A stretch of 62,046 nucleotides of DNA, filler included, from Dirinaria sp. TL-2023a (taxonomy: Eukaryota), in assembly GCA_051941275.1 (NCBI GenBank). It is 11 parts of 11 records of this genome, joined end to end, with 100 filler letters (N's around TTAATTAATTAA, not from the genome) between each part and the next. Parts side by side here need not be neighbours in the genome. Positions count along the whole stretch, not along the records: positions 1 to 5,570 come from JAVEBF010001634.1; positions 5,671 to 11,233 come from JAVEBF010001635.1; positions 11,334 to 16,890 come from JAVEBF010001636.1; 8 more parts are not named here. One strand, written 5' to 3'. Shown here one piece after another: positions 1 through 12,493 of this stretch. Within the stretch, counting starts at the first letter, position 1; the number at the start of each line of letters is the position of its first letter. The notes beneath the pieces are model-generated. The model was given only the letters and a program-made list of their open reading frames with translations, had not been told where the DNA came from and did not search any database. The translations under genes and the position numbers were made by a program.

Positions 1-308
1 TAAGGAACCCGTATGATATTGAGTAGAAGGATCGGCTGCCGGGCGAGGTCGATATCGATTCGGTAGGAAATCGAGCTGTTGACCAAGTAGAACCCTTTAG
101 ACACAAAATCAAAGCAATAGGTGGCTTTTTGATGCCTGCAAAGACAAATGACAAAGGAAAGCAAACCACATCCTGACCTATCTATCCACGACTTATGGTC
201 CATTTCTTACCGAAGGTAATCCCGTCCGCTGAAGACCCTTGAAAAGGTGCCGTGCGTCTGCCTTATCGAAGGATGCTAACTCAAGCAATGGTCGTGTGCG
301 GAGGCCAT

Positions 309-1344
309 TTACTCGGCAGTGTCAAGCTCATCGTGAGCGGGGACCGGGGAGCCCATGTCTGCTATTGATCGATTAGCAGGAGATACCGATTACATGCCTC
401 AGCGCAAGTACCTTTTCGATCGTCTCCGTTGGCACGATCATCGCGATCATCGTCATCATCACGTCGGTCACGCACATCCTTCATCTCACGATCGCGGTCG
501 TCGGGGCTTCGAGAGCGGTCCCGATCACGTCGGTCGTAATCACGCTCGCGACGATCGTCCTTACGAGGAGAGTAGTCACGACGACGAGGCGGGGTTGGTG
601 TACGCCCTCGACGAGGAGAACGCTCACGACGGCTTCCTGAACGCGGGTCACGTCCAGAACCAGAATCAAAGCGCCAGGATGCTGAAGGTGGCGTACGGGC
701 CCACTGATATTGAACGTTAGAAGTGTAGACGAGGTATCAGACGGGAAAAGAGCGCACTTCAATCTTCAACACATCATCGCGCCCAATCCGCTTATTATGC
801 ATCTCATGATACGCATCATCCGCATCGCGACGGCTCTCGTACTCCACAAACGCAAACCTAGCCCTGTTTAGCGATCTGCTCAAGGTCGAGACCGGGAACA
901 CTCACAATCTGCTAGCCGCACTTCTGGGAGCTGGAATGTCGCAGCGCACCAGGCGTCCATATCTTTGAGGAGGAAATGTTAGATTGTGATCGCACTAGGG
1001 GTTTGAAGGCGGGAACGAGGACAGAGAAGCCTAATTTGGAGATTGTACTCGTGGAATATCCTTCGACACGGGACGAAGTTGACACGGAAAATTAGGGATA
1101 GGAAGGTTAGGAGCGGTCGATCGAGGAGATGGAGAGACGGAGGTAAGGATCAAGACTCGATACCGACACAGTCTTGATTTACTGGCGAGAGGGAGAGGAA
1201 AGGTTCGAAGGAGGAGGAGGAGGAGGGAACTTTCGAGCTCGGTTCGGTTAGGACGTACCGTTCGAATTCGTAGGCAAGATCGCGAGCGCGGGTGCCATGG
1301 CCGAAGCCAGTGACATAGAGGGTTGTACCGCCGCCACGAGACAT
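309..1344 (-). CDS. SR-family pre-mRNA splicing factor (single RRM plus RS/RD-rich tail, Srp1-like), 5 exons
   Basis: Manual splicing with GT-AG introns (first exons 1344-1259, 962-906, 857-~758) gives [91 protein letters not shown], then RSP/RDRD repeats, ending ELDTAE*. RNP2 (LYVTGF) and RNP1 (RLFAFVEY) are present. Confidence 0.9.
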
Positions 1345-1826
1345 GGTCGAAGTGCTATTTGCAGAGTGTTTGGGATAAGTGTGATGATGTTAGGATGGAG
1401 GCTGGAGTGTGATGAGAAGGTAGAGTAAGGTAAGGTCGGTAAGGTAGCTTAGATTGCGGTGGTGTTGAGAGCTGAAAAGAAGAAGCTGTTGAAGAGTTCA
1501 TCAATCTTGGCGTCCCGCTAAACCCAGAACAGAATATCTCTTGGCGTGCAGCGGGTATCCGGGAAGGCAACCGCGTTATTAGGAGGACTTACCTAAGGTG
1601 GTGAATCTTACATTAAGGTACTCAGGAAGACAGATCAGGTGTATATAGTATACCTTAACAATGCCAATGTCATTTGATTCGAATCGTGCTATCAGTGGGT
1701 ATCTACCATAAGGAGTACTCCTACCCCTGCTCCTCTCGCTATGCTATTACGGAAAACCATACTAAGCTGAAACGAGCTAGCCTGGTATCATCAATGCTAC
1801 CGAAGGCATTCCCCAGCTATTCAAGA

Positions 1827-4583
1827 CTACAGGACGCTTTTCCCTTCTGCTCTAGGCATTTTTCTGCCTACACCGAGTGCCTCCAGATCCTTGCTCTTGT
1901 AGAAGTGCGGAGCTGCATCGACAAGCCACTCTGGCTGGATCGGCATATTGCTCCTCATGTACTCCTTGCTTGTCAAAACTAGTTCGTAGTAAAGCACCCA
2001 TCTTGGATTGACCTCCATCAACGTCGAGCTGGGATGGATGTAGACAGTCATGCCATTTTTGACCGTCCGGTAGCTGTCGCCGCCTTTCTGCAGTCGAGCC
2101 GCGTTGGGGAAGAAGCCAGCGGTTAAAGCTTTGGAAATAGGTACGATGTCCCCGGCGCCCACGGTCGAGATGGTAACTTCAACCCTGTCGCATAGCTTTG
2201 CTAGCTGGTCTCTCACATCCCGTGCCCGGCTTAGCGATCGCTGCTGTAGGAAGTTTTCCCGAGACCAGACGTAAGAAAAGTCGCTGTCGACCCATTGATT
2301 CCATATGTTCAACAGCGAAAAGTGATCACCGCCTTCCTTGATGGTGAATCGGGCACGAGCAGAATCTGCGTGGATCTTTTTGTCCTTGGGCCGATAGAAG
2401 AGGGCTGAGGCTTCCCCGAGCATGGCGATGATGGAGAGGACTTCTTCAACACAGCCATATTTGTCAGACGCCAAAATGGCTTTGGCCAGCATAGGATCTG
2501 TGGGGAACTCGGCCATTTGCCGGCCAACCTTTGTGAGATCACCTTGGTCATTGAGAGCGCCCAGCGCGTAAAGCTGCTCCAAGGCACGAATTAAAGTGTC
2601 TGCAGGGGGAGGGTCCATGAAGTCGAATTCGAGGAGGTTGCTGATACCCAGAGACTTGAGCAGTAGGACAACGCTATTGAGGTTCGTCCGCTGAATTTCT
2701 GGCGTGGTATTCTCGTCCAATTCATTGTAATATGCGAATTTGGTGTACAGCCGAAAGCACTTGCCAGGCCCGACACGGCCAGCTCTCCCCGCCCGCTGAT
2801 TAGCTGATGCGCGCGAGCATGGCGTTATCATTAATGACTCCATGCCCGTACGCGGGTTGTAAACGTTCTCCTTCACGAAGCCCGGGTCTATCACATATAC
2901 GATACCGTCAATGGTAAGACTTGTTTCGGCGATATTGGTGGCTAGTACAACCTTTCTTGCCTTGGGCGGTGTAGGCTCAAAGATCTTCTGTTGTTGATCT
3001 GCGGGTAAACTTGCGAAGATAGGACAGATGATAAGCTCTCGTACTTTGGAGCCCAGCTTCCTTGCTGTCTCCTGTAGGTTCTGCTCCGCAGCCTCAATCT
3101 CCTCTTGACCAGTCAGGAAAACCAATATATCTCCAGGCCCCTGAGAAATGTGTATTTGGAATATAGTAGTAACAGCAGCGGCTAGGTAGTTGGCTTCAGG
3201 CTGAGGTGTATAATGGATATCAACGGTATAACGCCGCCCTGGGATATTGAAAATGGGGGCATCGTCGAAGTACCTGGCAAACTTCTGCGCATCCATCGTA
3301 GCAGAAGAGATCAGGAGTTTCAATTCTGGTCTAGAACGAGCAATATCTTTGACCAAGCCGAAGAGAATATCTGTGTGCAGCGTTCTTTCGTGTGCTTCAT
3401 CGATCATTAGTGCACTATAGCCTCCTAAATCTGGCTCAGTGAGAAACTCTCGTAACAGCATGCCATCAGTCATGTATTTGATAATGGTCTTGTCAGATGT
3501 AGCGTCTTCAAAACGTATTGAATAGCCAACTTCGTTGCCCACCTTCACTCCCATTTCTTCCGCCACTCGGGCAGCAACACTCATTGCTGCTACTCGACGA
3601 GGCTGGGTACACCCAATCTTGAGGCCTTCTTTGGTATATCCAGCCTCTTTGAGGTACTGCGTGATCTGCGTAGTCTTTCCGCTTCCTGTTTCGCCAACGA
3701 TGATCAAGACCTGGTACTGTTCGATCGCTGCCAGCAGCTCGTCCCTGTAAGAATAGATGGGCAAGCTCTTCCGAGTGTCCTCGATCGACTGCGCTTTCAT
3801 TTCTGCCGCTTTCAATTGATTCTGGAGGGCTTGTTGTTCTTTGGACAACGGCTTGAAATCGCTATTTAACCTTTGATCCATTACGAAATTGATCTTCTGT
3901 GTATCGTCAAATACATAATCGTAAGATCCTGGATCTGTGCGCTCCCTCTCCGCAATCTGCGCTTTGGCTTTAGCAGTCTGTTCTCGCTCCCATTCTTCCT
4001 GCTCCGTGACATATCGCTCCTGGCCCTGTTCGTCCCTCTCGACATAGCGCTTGTAGAGAGCATCTTCTTTCTTCTTCCGATCGATCTTGCCCTTCTCTGT
4101 AATGTAATCCTCGGGCAGCATGTAGCCATCTCGATAGTCGTCGATGAGTAATCGCTCCTCAGCAATAGCCAGCACGGACCGATTCTTTGTAAACTCGTCC
4201 TTCTCGCGGCGTGTAAGATCGGGATTGGTCCTGAGCTCCTCTGTTTCTTCCGCGACTTGCTTCCTCAGCAATGCTAGCTTTTCTAGTTCTCGTTTCTGTA
4301 GGTATGACTGCCGTGACCGTATCCGAAGGTCCTCCAATGCTGCCTCCCTGGCCACCGCATCGTCCGCCAAAGCTCTTCGACGAGCCGCATCTTTCCCGTC
4401 TTTAGCAGACGAACGGTCTTCGACCAATCTCTTCGTCTTTTCGGCATCCTTTCTGTTTAGCCTTTTTGCGAACTCATCACGCTCTTCAAGATCTCTTTGC
4501 CTCCGACCTTCCTCATCCAGGTCCGAATCTGCATCTCTAGGGCCCCGAGGGGAATCCCGGGTCCGCGCCTCTTTTGCCGACAT
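1827..4583 (-). CDS. PRP2: DEAH-box spliceosomal RNA helicase Prp2/Cdc28 (DHX16 orthologue), intronless
   Basis: ORF of about 918 aa from ATG 4583 with [23 protein letters not shown] and QRAGRAGR motifs, HA2/OB-fold C-terminus, and the DHX16-type '[18 protein letters not shown]' region. Confidence 0.93.
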   Translation of the reverse strand: MSAKEARTRDSPRGPRDADSDLDEEGRRQRDLEERDEFAKRLNRKDAEKTKRLVEDRSSAKDGKDAARRRALADDAVAREAALEDLRIRSRQSYLQKRELEKLALLRKQVAEETEELRTNPDLTRREKDEFTKNRSVLAIAEERLLIDDYRDGYMLPEDYITEKGKIDRKKKEDALYKRYVERDEQGQERYVTEQEEWEREQTAKAKAQIAERERTDPGSYDYVFDDTQKINFVMDQRLNSDFKPLSKEQQALQNQLKAAEMKAQSIEDTRKSLPIYSYRDELLAAIEQYQVLIIVGETGSGKTTQITQYLKEAGYTKEGLKIGCTQPRRVAAMSVAARVAEEMGVKVGNEVGYSIRFEDATSDKTIIKYMTDGMLLREFLTEPDLGGYSALMIDEAHERTLHTDILFGLVKDIARSRPELKLLISSATMDAQKFARYFDDAPIFNIPGRRYTVDIHYTPQPEANYLAAAVTTIFQIHISQGPGDILVFLTGQEEIEAAEQNLQETARKLGSKVRELIICPIFASLPADQQQKIFEPTPPKARKVVLATNIAETSLTIDGIVYVIDPGFVKENVYNPRTGMESLMITPCSRASANQRAGRAGRVGPGKCFRLYTKFAYYNELDENTTPEIQRTNLNSVVLLLKSLGISNLLEFDFMDPPPADTLIRALEQLYALGALNDQGDLTKVGRQMAEFPTDPMLAKAILASDKYGCVEEVLSIIAMLGEASALFYRPKDKKIHADSARARFTIKEGGDHFSLLNIWNQWVDSDFSYVWSRENFLQQRSLSRARDVRDQLAKLCDRVEVTISTVGAGDIVPISKALTAGFFPNAARLQKGGDSYRTVKNGMTVYIHPSSTLMEVNPRWVLYYELVLTSKEYMRSNMPIQPEWLVDAAPHFYKSKDLEALGVGRKMPRAEGKSVL

Positions 4584-5155
4584 CCTCAACGGGCAGCTAT
4601 GACGACAAGGAACGATTTCTATCCCAGAATAACGGCCAGCGAACGAACTTTGATCACTTCGCTGTAGCGGCCGGCATTGAGGTTACAACATTCTCTCAAG
4701 AGGCTGACGGTGCCCTGAAGCTGAAGACCAAGTGCGCAATAATCATATTTGATTGCTACTAGGTGACTTGAAAAAAGGGAACGGAAGGCAACAGGTAATG
4801 CCAGGAGGATGGGCTTCGAGCCCAATGCCAAGACACCTTTCGCCGGCAACTACTTGAACTGACTGACCCCTTCACAGTTCTGGCCTACGTGGGATCATGG
4901 GACATTTTAACCAAGGCAAGGTTGGGCAAGAGGTATGGCATTGATAATTTGGATATTGCTGAAGGCACTAGAGCCTCGCCACACTTGCTATGAACTCACT
5001 GGCCCAACTCATTTATGACTCAATGATGTGTTATCACTTATGTGAGGTGTTCGTCTGGCCAGGCTCACTGCATAACAGCTTACTACCAACCGAGCTCGCC
5101 GACTCCATGCAATAGATTCCACTTCAAGCCCTCTTATCTGCTCTGACCCACTGTC

Positions 5156-5531
5156 TTACTTATTCGCCTCTTCGTCGCCGGCCAATGCGTTCCTCTTGGC
5201 AGCGATACGCTCCTGTCGTCGCTCACGGGCAGCTTTGGCTTGTGCACGCTTCCTATCCATCTCCTCCTTCTGAAGACGCTCACGGGTCTTGTCGGCCTTC
5301 GCTCGATGAATCTGCATTTGACGAAAGTGAGCTATTGAGCAAAAGAAGCAACGCCAAGGTCAAAACCCAGTAGTACTCACGTGTTCGACTAAAGCGCGCT
5401 TGTGCTTGAAAGTGTTACCCTTGCTTAAATGGTATAGCTCGTGGTAGAGGTGCTTGTCAATCTTGCCCGAGGCGCGATATTTGACGAGGAGACGACGAAG
5501 AACGCGCAGACGACGCATCCACAAAACTTGA
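5156..5531 (-). CDS. RPL19: 60S ribosomal protein L19 (eL19), last two exons; 5' part lost at the contig end
   Basis: Exon 5531-5381 reads [50 protein letters not shown]. Exon 5311-5156 reads [14 protein letters not shown]...AGDEEANK*. The intron has a GTGAGT donor and CAG acceptor. Missed by the ORF track. Confidence 0.95.
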
Positions 5532-5570
5532 CTGTATATAGGAGGAATGATTAGCTTTTGGCGCTTGTAA

Positions 5571-5670
5571 NNNNNNNNNNNNNNNNNNNNNNNNNNNNNN
5601 NNNNNNNNNNNNNNTTAATTAATTAANNNNNNNNNNNNNNNNNNNNNNNNNNNNNNNNNNNNNNNNNNNN
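5571..5670. other. Artificial contig spacer N44-TTAATTAATTAA-N44 (first of 10)
   Basis: The same 100-nt spacer occurs at 5571, 11234, 16891, 22548, 28203, 33855, 39503, 45143, 50781 and 56415. The 12-mer places stops in all six frames. Confidence 0.98.
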
Positions 5671-8259
5671 CTTAGAGATCTTATGAATACACCTGCTTCA
5701 TACGCTTGCAAGGCGTACTAAATAGTGTAAAGACCTCCTGGAAAGAAGTTTCTCTATATTCCCCGACCAATATTAATGAACTACAGCGATGTAAAGACGG
5801 AGTTGCAAAATAGATTAGTATAAAAATTAATGTTTTGAGTTGGAAGTAAGGCATTATGCATTGAGCGAGCGATGGCAGACATCCTATGTACTGTGCCGTT
5901 TGGACATCCACTATGAAATTCTGATCCTGTGTTTAACATTCTTCGAGTAGAACGAAAAGCAGTTTGAATAATTTTGACCCAACGGCTAGAACACAGGATA
6001 TGTCGAATGGTTTTCTATGAGCATTTAATATTGATTCTCCTCACCGATGTGAAGAGAGAGACGTCTGTCGGTTAAAATTGAGAGACATGCAGTGATGAGG
6101 CGAAATGTAAATTCGTTCGATGCGTCCAATCTCAATCTCATCGTTCAATCGCTGAATCTTACGGTAACAAATTTACCACTCAAGTCAGCAATTCTAAACC
6201 AATGACTAGGATAATGCTGGAGATGTCAATGAAACCATGAAGTGAAATAATACATAGCCACGTTAGAGTTCTTCCCTTAGTGTCATCGTATGGCTTGCGA
6301 TGATTTCCTGCAGCACCCGCTATGTGAGGTCAACAACGGTCTGGCTATTTGGCGTTATAAGCCAAGTTGCCCATAGTATCCTGCAGTTATTGGTAACGTT
6401 CGATTAGCCGCTTTGGATTGACTGTCAGTCTGGGAATGCTGTGCAGAAAATGAAAGGCTCAAAACTAGCACGAGTAAGCTCGACACAGTTCATTGACTGT
6501 CCTTGACTGGAGATCGTTGCCCTGAAATGTGATATAGTATACGAAGTCGAATGTCTGGTCGATCAGTTACTCCGATCTAACTCGATTACTCTCAGTTAAC
6601 CGTCGAAGATCCGCGTGATCACTCTTCGTTGTGGTGGAGCTTTGGGGAAATGACACATATCGAAAGTGTACCAAGGGACATAAGGTAGACAAATTGAATG
6701 AGGCGAAAAGTTAGCCCAAGGCGAAGGCAGAAGCCAATATGAAAAACGATTTCCCTGAAAAATTGCGGCGCGTGAGCGTAGAGGCAAAAGCACGCGCCAG
6801 ACAGCCGAAATTGAAAAAAGCGTACTGTATACCAAAGATCAAATCAAACCCCTGAGGCAGGACACAGACAGTAGATAGTATAAAAAACCCAAAGATCAAA
6901 ATAGCAAAAGATTCATCAGGTCCTCGAGAGCAACCCTTCAACTCTCGAGGTCTCTGACTATAGAAACCCTCTTGTGGCCACCACAGCCGTCAGAAGTTTG
7001 CTTGTGTAGGGTTCGAACCGGCCACCTCTCAGCACCCCATCCTTTTATAGGGGTCTGTTGTAATTACCCTTAAGCTATCGAGGATTTGCTAGTGAAAAAC
7101 TACTTGTTTATTTAGCCTTATATTCCTTATTTTGCAAACCTTTAAAACTGCAAAAATGCTTTACCAGGTTTCTCAATGTCTGTAGCTTGACGCAAATCGA
7201 CAAAAGTAGGATATTCCTATTTTTGAAGCTTCACCTCTAGCATTCGTCGTTGGCAAACATGGGGCATCATAAGCAAAGATGCATCCACCGGTTCACTGCA
7301 GTCCTTGTCGAAAGTCTATGTACTGGCCAAATAGTGGGATATTCTCCCTACAAGTCGTGAATTGTCGCTTGACATCCTTGCGAGAAGGAGATCACATTGA
7401 CCGGCAAATTGATTCATCTTTGAGGGCGATGCCCACAATCTCAACGCACGCTCCTCATGTCAACAACGAGGCACTCCACCATATCTGCCAAATTCTGTAG
7501 CTTGGTCAACCGGGTGAACTGGCAGATGGCCATCGACCCTCGGTCTCGATAGTGAGTAGCACAGGTGGCGAGCGTATGGCGGCAGTACCGGACTCTCAAC
7601 AGTATTCTTGTGGAATCTTAAAACTTGGAGAGCTGATTGTTTGATTGCCACAGCTCTACCGCGATCATCCAACTATGTAACACATGTTCGAATTGGGAAG
7701 CCTGAGCCTCTGCTCAGGAGGATTCTAGTCTCCGTTCTGATGGATCTTGTTGCAAACCATGCGCTATTCTTTTCATCATTAACATAGCTCGTATAGGCAG
7801 CATCACAATACGCGGAGGATATTATGGGAGACTGGATATTAACAACCCTCAGCGTGCAGATACTCGTAATCGCCGGGAAGTAGTGATCTTCTAATTTGGC
7901 GCTCGTCAAAGTCGTCGAGCTCATTCCATCCTTGTGAATTTGATGTCCCCCGATCACACCTTGCGATCTAGTCTTCGTATCTCCATGTTGGTGAATGCCC
8001 CGTATGTGGCCAGAGGCAGATGTGCTGGATATTGAGACACAACGAAGGCAATAGCATAATTGTCTTCATGCATGGTTGCCAATTAGCTTGATACTTGCGG
8101 AAGACAGCGAACGGGAACTGCTTCAGCAGCAGCAACACGGGGTCAACAATGAGCAAAAAATATTGGCAGAAGCAACGGATAGTTGAGGTAGAAGATTTAG
8201 ATATTATACCTAGCATTATTCAACCAGTTAATTCTCGAATGCCCGTTCCCCCAATGCCT

Positions 8260-10994
8260 TTACAGCCTAGCTCTCATCTCGATCCTTTTTCTGCTCCTAT
8301 TTGGTTGCGTGCTCTCGATCACAGGTTGGGCGTCCGGTGTAGCAGCACTTGCAAACAAGTCTTTGCCCACGATATCTGCTAACTTGAGTACCCTCGAGCT
8401 CACAGTGGCGCCGTCCCTTCTATTCTTCCCTTCCCTTCGACTTCGCGCAATCATCTCTGTGAATTCCCACAATTTTCCCGTAGGCACAATATCATGCGTG
8501 GTAGAATCACGGGCCGGAGTCCAATCCGAGGCAAGCTTAATTGAGGAGGGGATTTTCGGATCCCTGCTAGGATTGAGGACGACGATGCCTTCCTCAGCAA
8601 AAAGCTCAAAGGCGTGCTTCAGGGTTTCTGTATTGACAGCTTCAAAGTAGGACAAGTCACCTTGGGCGTGGAGCGTTTTACCTAAAAGCTGAGCTTTATG
8701 TTGTACTTGCTTGAAATTAAGCCACGTATTTTTCTGTTCGGGTGTCCGCGGTGTCAAGCTGATAAGCGAGACTGCACCAAGCCATGTTGATTCGATGAAT
8801 GGCCAGATGAGGAAACAGTAAAAGTCGTAATTCTCACGCCCTCTACTTCGCTCGATATTACTCAGCTCTGCTGTAGTGATGGTGTTGGAGCTGTCACGGC
8901 GGAGGAGAACGACCTCGTCTGCTTCCAGGCCCCTGAGGGTTTTCTCCAGGTTGTGGAGAAGGCCTTCTGTCGGATAGATGAATTCACCTCGGAATAGCTG
9001 GTTCTAGTAAGTCTCTAGTGGATAGTGCTGGGGTAGAGGCATGGGTACCTGAGACAGGAAGAGAACTTGGTCATGCAGAGCTTCGAAGGAGATCCTTTGA
9101 TGATCAGGTCCACCCCCAAGCTTCACTCGAGTATACATAGACGCAGATACAAGTGCTTCTGATATGAATAAGTGTATTGTCATATTCCGGTAAAACGATA
9201 ATTGAAATCTGTCGACAGCGTAATATGTTGTATCCGCTAGATCATGCACGGTACCGATCAAGTCGGGACCGAGAACCTCCAAAGCCCGTTCAACAACGAC
9301 TTCGGTGGGCGCACCTGCGAAGTGAGCTACTCTACCTCCCTTATCTCTGACTCTTGCACTGAGCCAATCGACCCGTCTAACAAATTCAGACTTACCCACA
9401 CCACGGCCTCTAAGTGTCAGGAGGACTGTGCCGACGAGAGCAGTAGGCATAACAACGGAAACTGCATTGATGTCTGATAGCACCTTAAAACCTAAAGTCC
9501 GTAGCAAGCGAATCCTACTATCAGTGCTTTGGGGATCTCTAAGGCTGGCAGGTACCGACGCCTGATCCACCCTTGCCCGCTGTGTGGCAATGAAGCTTTG
9601 CAAGCTCCATGGCTCATGAAAGCGAACATCGACACGACCTAGGCGCAGTGAGAGTACTGAAGAAGCGGATAGGAAGTCCCTGAGGTTTTCCTTTGGCTTC
9701 GGTTGGCCTAATAGTTCGCTGATATATGATCTACCAAATGTAAGCCAATGTGGGTTTTCAGAAATACCATGGCAGTACGAACTCTGTCTCGATGACTTTA
9801 TCATATTGTGTACTGACAGGGCAAATGATTGCATCTTCAACACGGCCGCTTAGGACGCTATCAAGTAGGAAAGACAGTATTCCAAATTTAGGTGAAAGTA
9901 GCTTGCCCGTCCTTGACCGGCCACCTTCAATGAAGCATTCAAAATTGAATCCATTTTGAAGAAGGGTATCTATATAAGTCTGCACGAGAGTTGTGTAAAG
10001 AGAATCGTGGCCGAAGCTCCTTCTAATCCACATGGCACCTGCTCTAGTATCAATCAAGGGAATCTTTGTAGGTGAGAAGTGTTGAAAGAGTGGTGAGAAA
10101 TTTAGCTAATGTCAAAAGGTAGCGAGAAAATGCCTCCATCAGGGAAGCCAATCCTCTCAAAGGATTCCAACGTACCTACACGTTGAAGGAAAGCCCCAAG
10201 TACTGGCATGTTCAGGTTGTCGCCAGCAACAACCGTGGGCAACGCGATTCCTAGCCGATAGCATATAATTTGAAGGGATACGTAGTCGACATGCGAGCGG
10301 TGGCACGGTAGGAATATAATAGACTGCCGTTTCTTTACTGCTTCTTCAGCGACTGAGCGTAGCCGGAGAACTTCTTCACTAGAGACGTGTATTCCTAGAT
10401 TATTTTTATCATTATTCGTTGAAAATTCGTAGATAAACTTGGTATACCTTGGTGGTAGGCCCTCGTAAGCAGCTGTGTACACATGTAATAGGCGCCTCGA
10501 ATTATAGCCTTGCTTTCCAGCTTGCAAATCATGTTGTCTGTCATCTTCTCCGCCACTGCGTTTATACTATTCTTGATTTCTTCTTGTCTTTTCTCTTTCC
10601 TTCGAAGCCTACCATCCTCATCACCAAAAAGCCCCTGCTTGTCTTCCACCTCAACTCTGTTTCTAGCCAAGTCAGCCACTCTTCTTCTCAACAGCGGTGC
10701 CCCTAGCACTTCATTCTTCATATTCTCTGTAAAACCACTGTAGAAGATTGGCTGCCCAATAACATCATCATAGGATCTCCAACCGGCTCCTGAGACGTGG
10801 AGACTGACTTCTCGGAGGAAGTCGAAGGGAGATTCCCGGAAGCGGGCCATGTGCTCCACGAGGTTGCGTTCCTGGTCGCCATGGGTTGTCGGTAGAGGCT
10901 GGATGTATCCCGCTGGGTGTATGGTGACTTGATCACCAAGAATATCGAGATCTGGAGCTGAGTCTTGGGCATTGCCTGGTTTCGGAACGGACAT
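8260..10994 (-). CDS. Glycerol-3-phosphate/dihydroxyacetone-phosphate acyltransferase (PlsB/GNPAT family), multi-exon
   Basis: Acyltransferase motifs FLPCHRSHVDY (HX4D), GAMWIRRSF, FIEGGRSRTGK and ICPVSTQYD lie across consecutive minus-strand ORFs separated by short GT-AG introns. The C-terminus is ...EMRARL*. Confidence 0.9.
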
Positions 10995-11333
10995 GGTGGG
11001 CTTCAGGAGGAGGGCGTCACCTAGGTCAAGGCCCCTCGGTACGTATGACGACAGATCGCAGCATTCTGAGGTGTACGGAAGCTGTACAAGGGAGGGTTAA
11101 GTCACAAATGAACCGTCAAGTGAATGAAAGTTCCAATATCACATATAGACAGGAAAATGCAGAGGCCAAGACTGTCATTTCCTTGTACCCCAGATTTTAG
11201 GGTCTGCCGAGGCCCCTCCAGTCCCCCACGGCCNNNNNNNNNNNNNNNNNNNNNNNNNNNNNNNNNNNNNNNNNNNNTTAATTAATTAANNNNNNNNNNN
11301 NNNNNNNNNNNNNNNNNNNNNNNNNNNNNNNNN

Positions 11334-11442
11334 GGGTGTGTCCTTCCTCAAGCGTCCGTCCAGATAGCTCTCATCATCGAAGCCAACGTGTGGATTCCCG
11401 AGACTAGGGACGAGATGTGCTGGATCCACGGAATCCTGGTAT
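11334..11442 (-). CDS. Probable internal exon fragment of an unidentified gene running off the contig end
   Basis: A CTGAC branch site and CAG acceptor are followed by the open frame YQDSVDPAHLVPSLGNPHVGFDDESYLDGRLRKDT up to the gap. No family recognised. Confidence 0.35.
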
Positions 11443-12493
11443 CTGTACAGCGAAGTCAGTAGTGAGGTTGGCTCGGTACCAAAGAGTACATGAGGAGAGA
11501 TCGAGGGGTGGAGGTGGAGGTGGATTGGCAAGGCTACGCAAGACAGTGCTGCCAGTCAGTGGAAGGTCGGCGGCGCAACGAGTGGATGAAGCAGAGCCAG
11601 TTCATGGAGTCGACAGGTTGTGTGAGTGTCTGGCAGGGGCCAAGTGCAAGGCCGACGTGCAGATTGGGAAGGAACGCTAGTTCATCGGTCTGCCGTAGGT
11701 CTAGGTTAAGCGACCACCCCGGATTAGGATAGAGGGTACGGGGTGGTGGAGGGAGTGGGTAGGGAGTGGGTAGTGGGTAATGGAAGGTATTGGGTACTGG
11801 GTCGAGTGGGTTAAGGTATATCGTATCGTATCGTATGCCAGATTAAACGCAGGTCGGTACTTAGCTGGGGATCGAAGAACAGATATCATGGTACTTTTAC
11901 GACGAAAAACTGGTCCAAGGGAAGGAACCAAGGGAACCAAGGGAACCAAGAAAACCCGAAACCCCACGCGGAGTAATTCTTCCCTGGTTCAGTCAGGCTT
12001 GGGTTGCCAGTTGGGCTGCAATAGCGCAATGACTGCATGCTTATTGCTTGCACCGGTTTCCCAGAATGGAACTTATGCACGTATCCTGTTTGGTGCTCCT
12101 ATCAGCGGCGACCATCAAGCAGTAGTGGTCCTACGTGCAATGGCAAAGACGAAAAAGGTACAGTAGATATGTACATAAGGCACCTAGGTAAAAGGAAGCT
12201 CTCAAGCCAAGCACCGGTTCCGCTGAAATGAGGTGGGTGAGGTTTGTATAGTACAAACCACATGCTCATGACTTTGCCCAAATTGCACACTCACGTAGCA
12301 CCGTGCTCCTCCCCGCCGCTAAATGCTCAAACACCATGGTAGTCTGTTATGTGCGGAAAGATAATGTATACAAGCCTGTACTGTTGCCAGACCCCAAAGA
12401 ATGAGACAATATGCAGGGGGTATCAGATATTACAAAAATATACAGAAGAAAATTGTCATGGCCAAGACCTGTGGCTGGCCTCACTTCCCAGCT

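Noticed and set aside
355..720. His/Asp/Arg-rich plus-strand ORF of 121 aa
   Set aside because: Antisense shadow of the RS/RD domain of the SR gene.
1183..1259. Possible [D1,2] stwintron in SR intron 1 (G|GTACGT...CAG|TAAAT)
   Set aside because: The only branch motif sits directly beside the donor, and two-step excision would shift the frame.
5615..5626. TTAATTAATTAA recurring every ~5.6 kb, resembling a periodic repeat or array
   Set aside because: Always centred in N runs. It is an assembly linker with six-frame stops, not biology.
6900..6975. Hammerhead-like CTGATGA next to a hairpin
   Set aside because: The required GAAA lies on the opposite strand, so the catalytic core cannot be assembled.
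7279..8216. Series of short minus-strand ORFs downstream of the acyltransferase
   Set aside because: No recognisable motifs or consistent splice structure. A decayed gene cannot be excluded.
11922..11950. GGAACCAAG x3 tandem
   Set aside because: Short simple repeat without spacers, not CRISPR-like.
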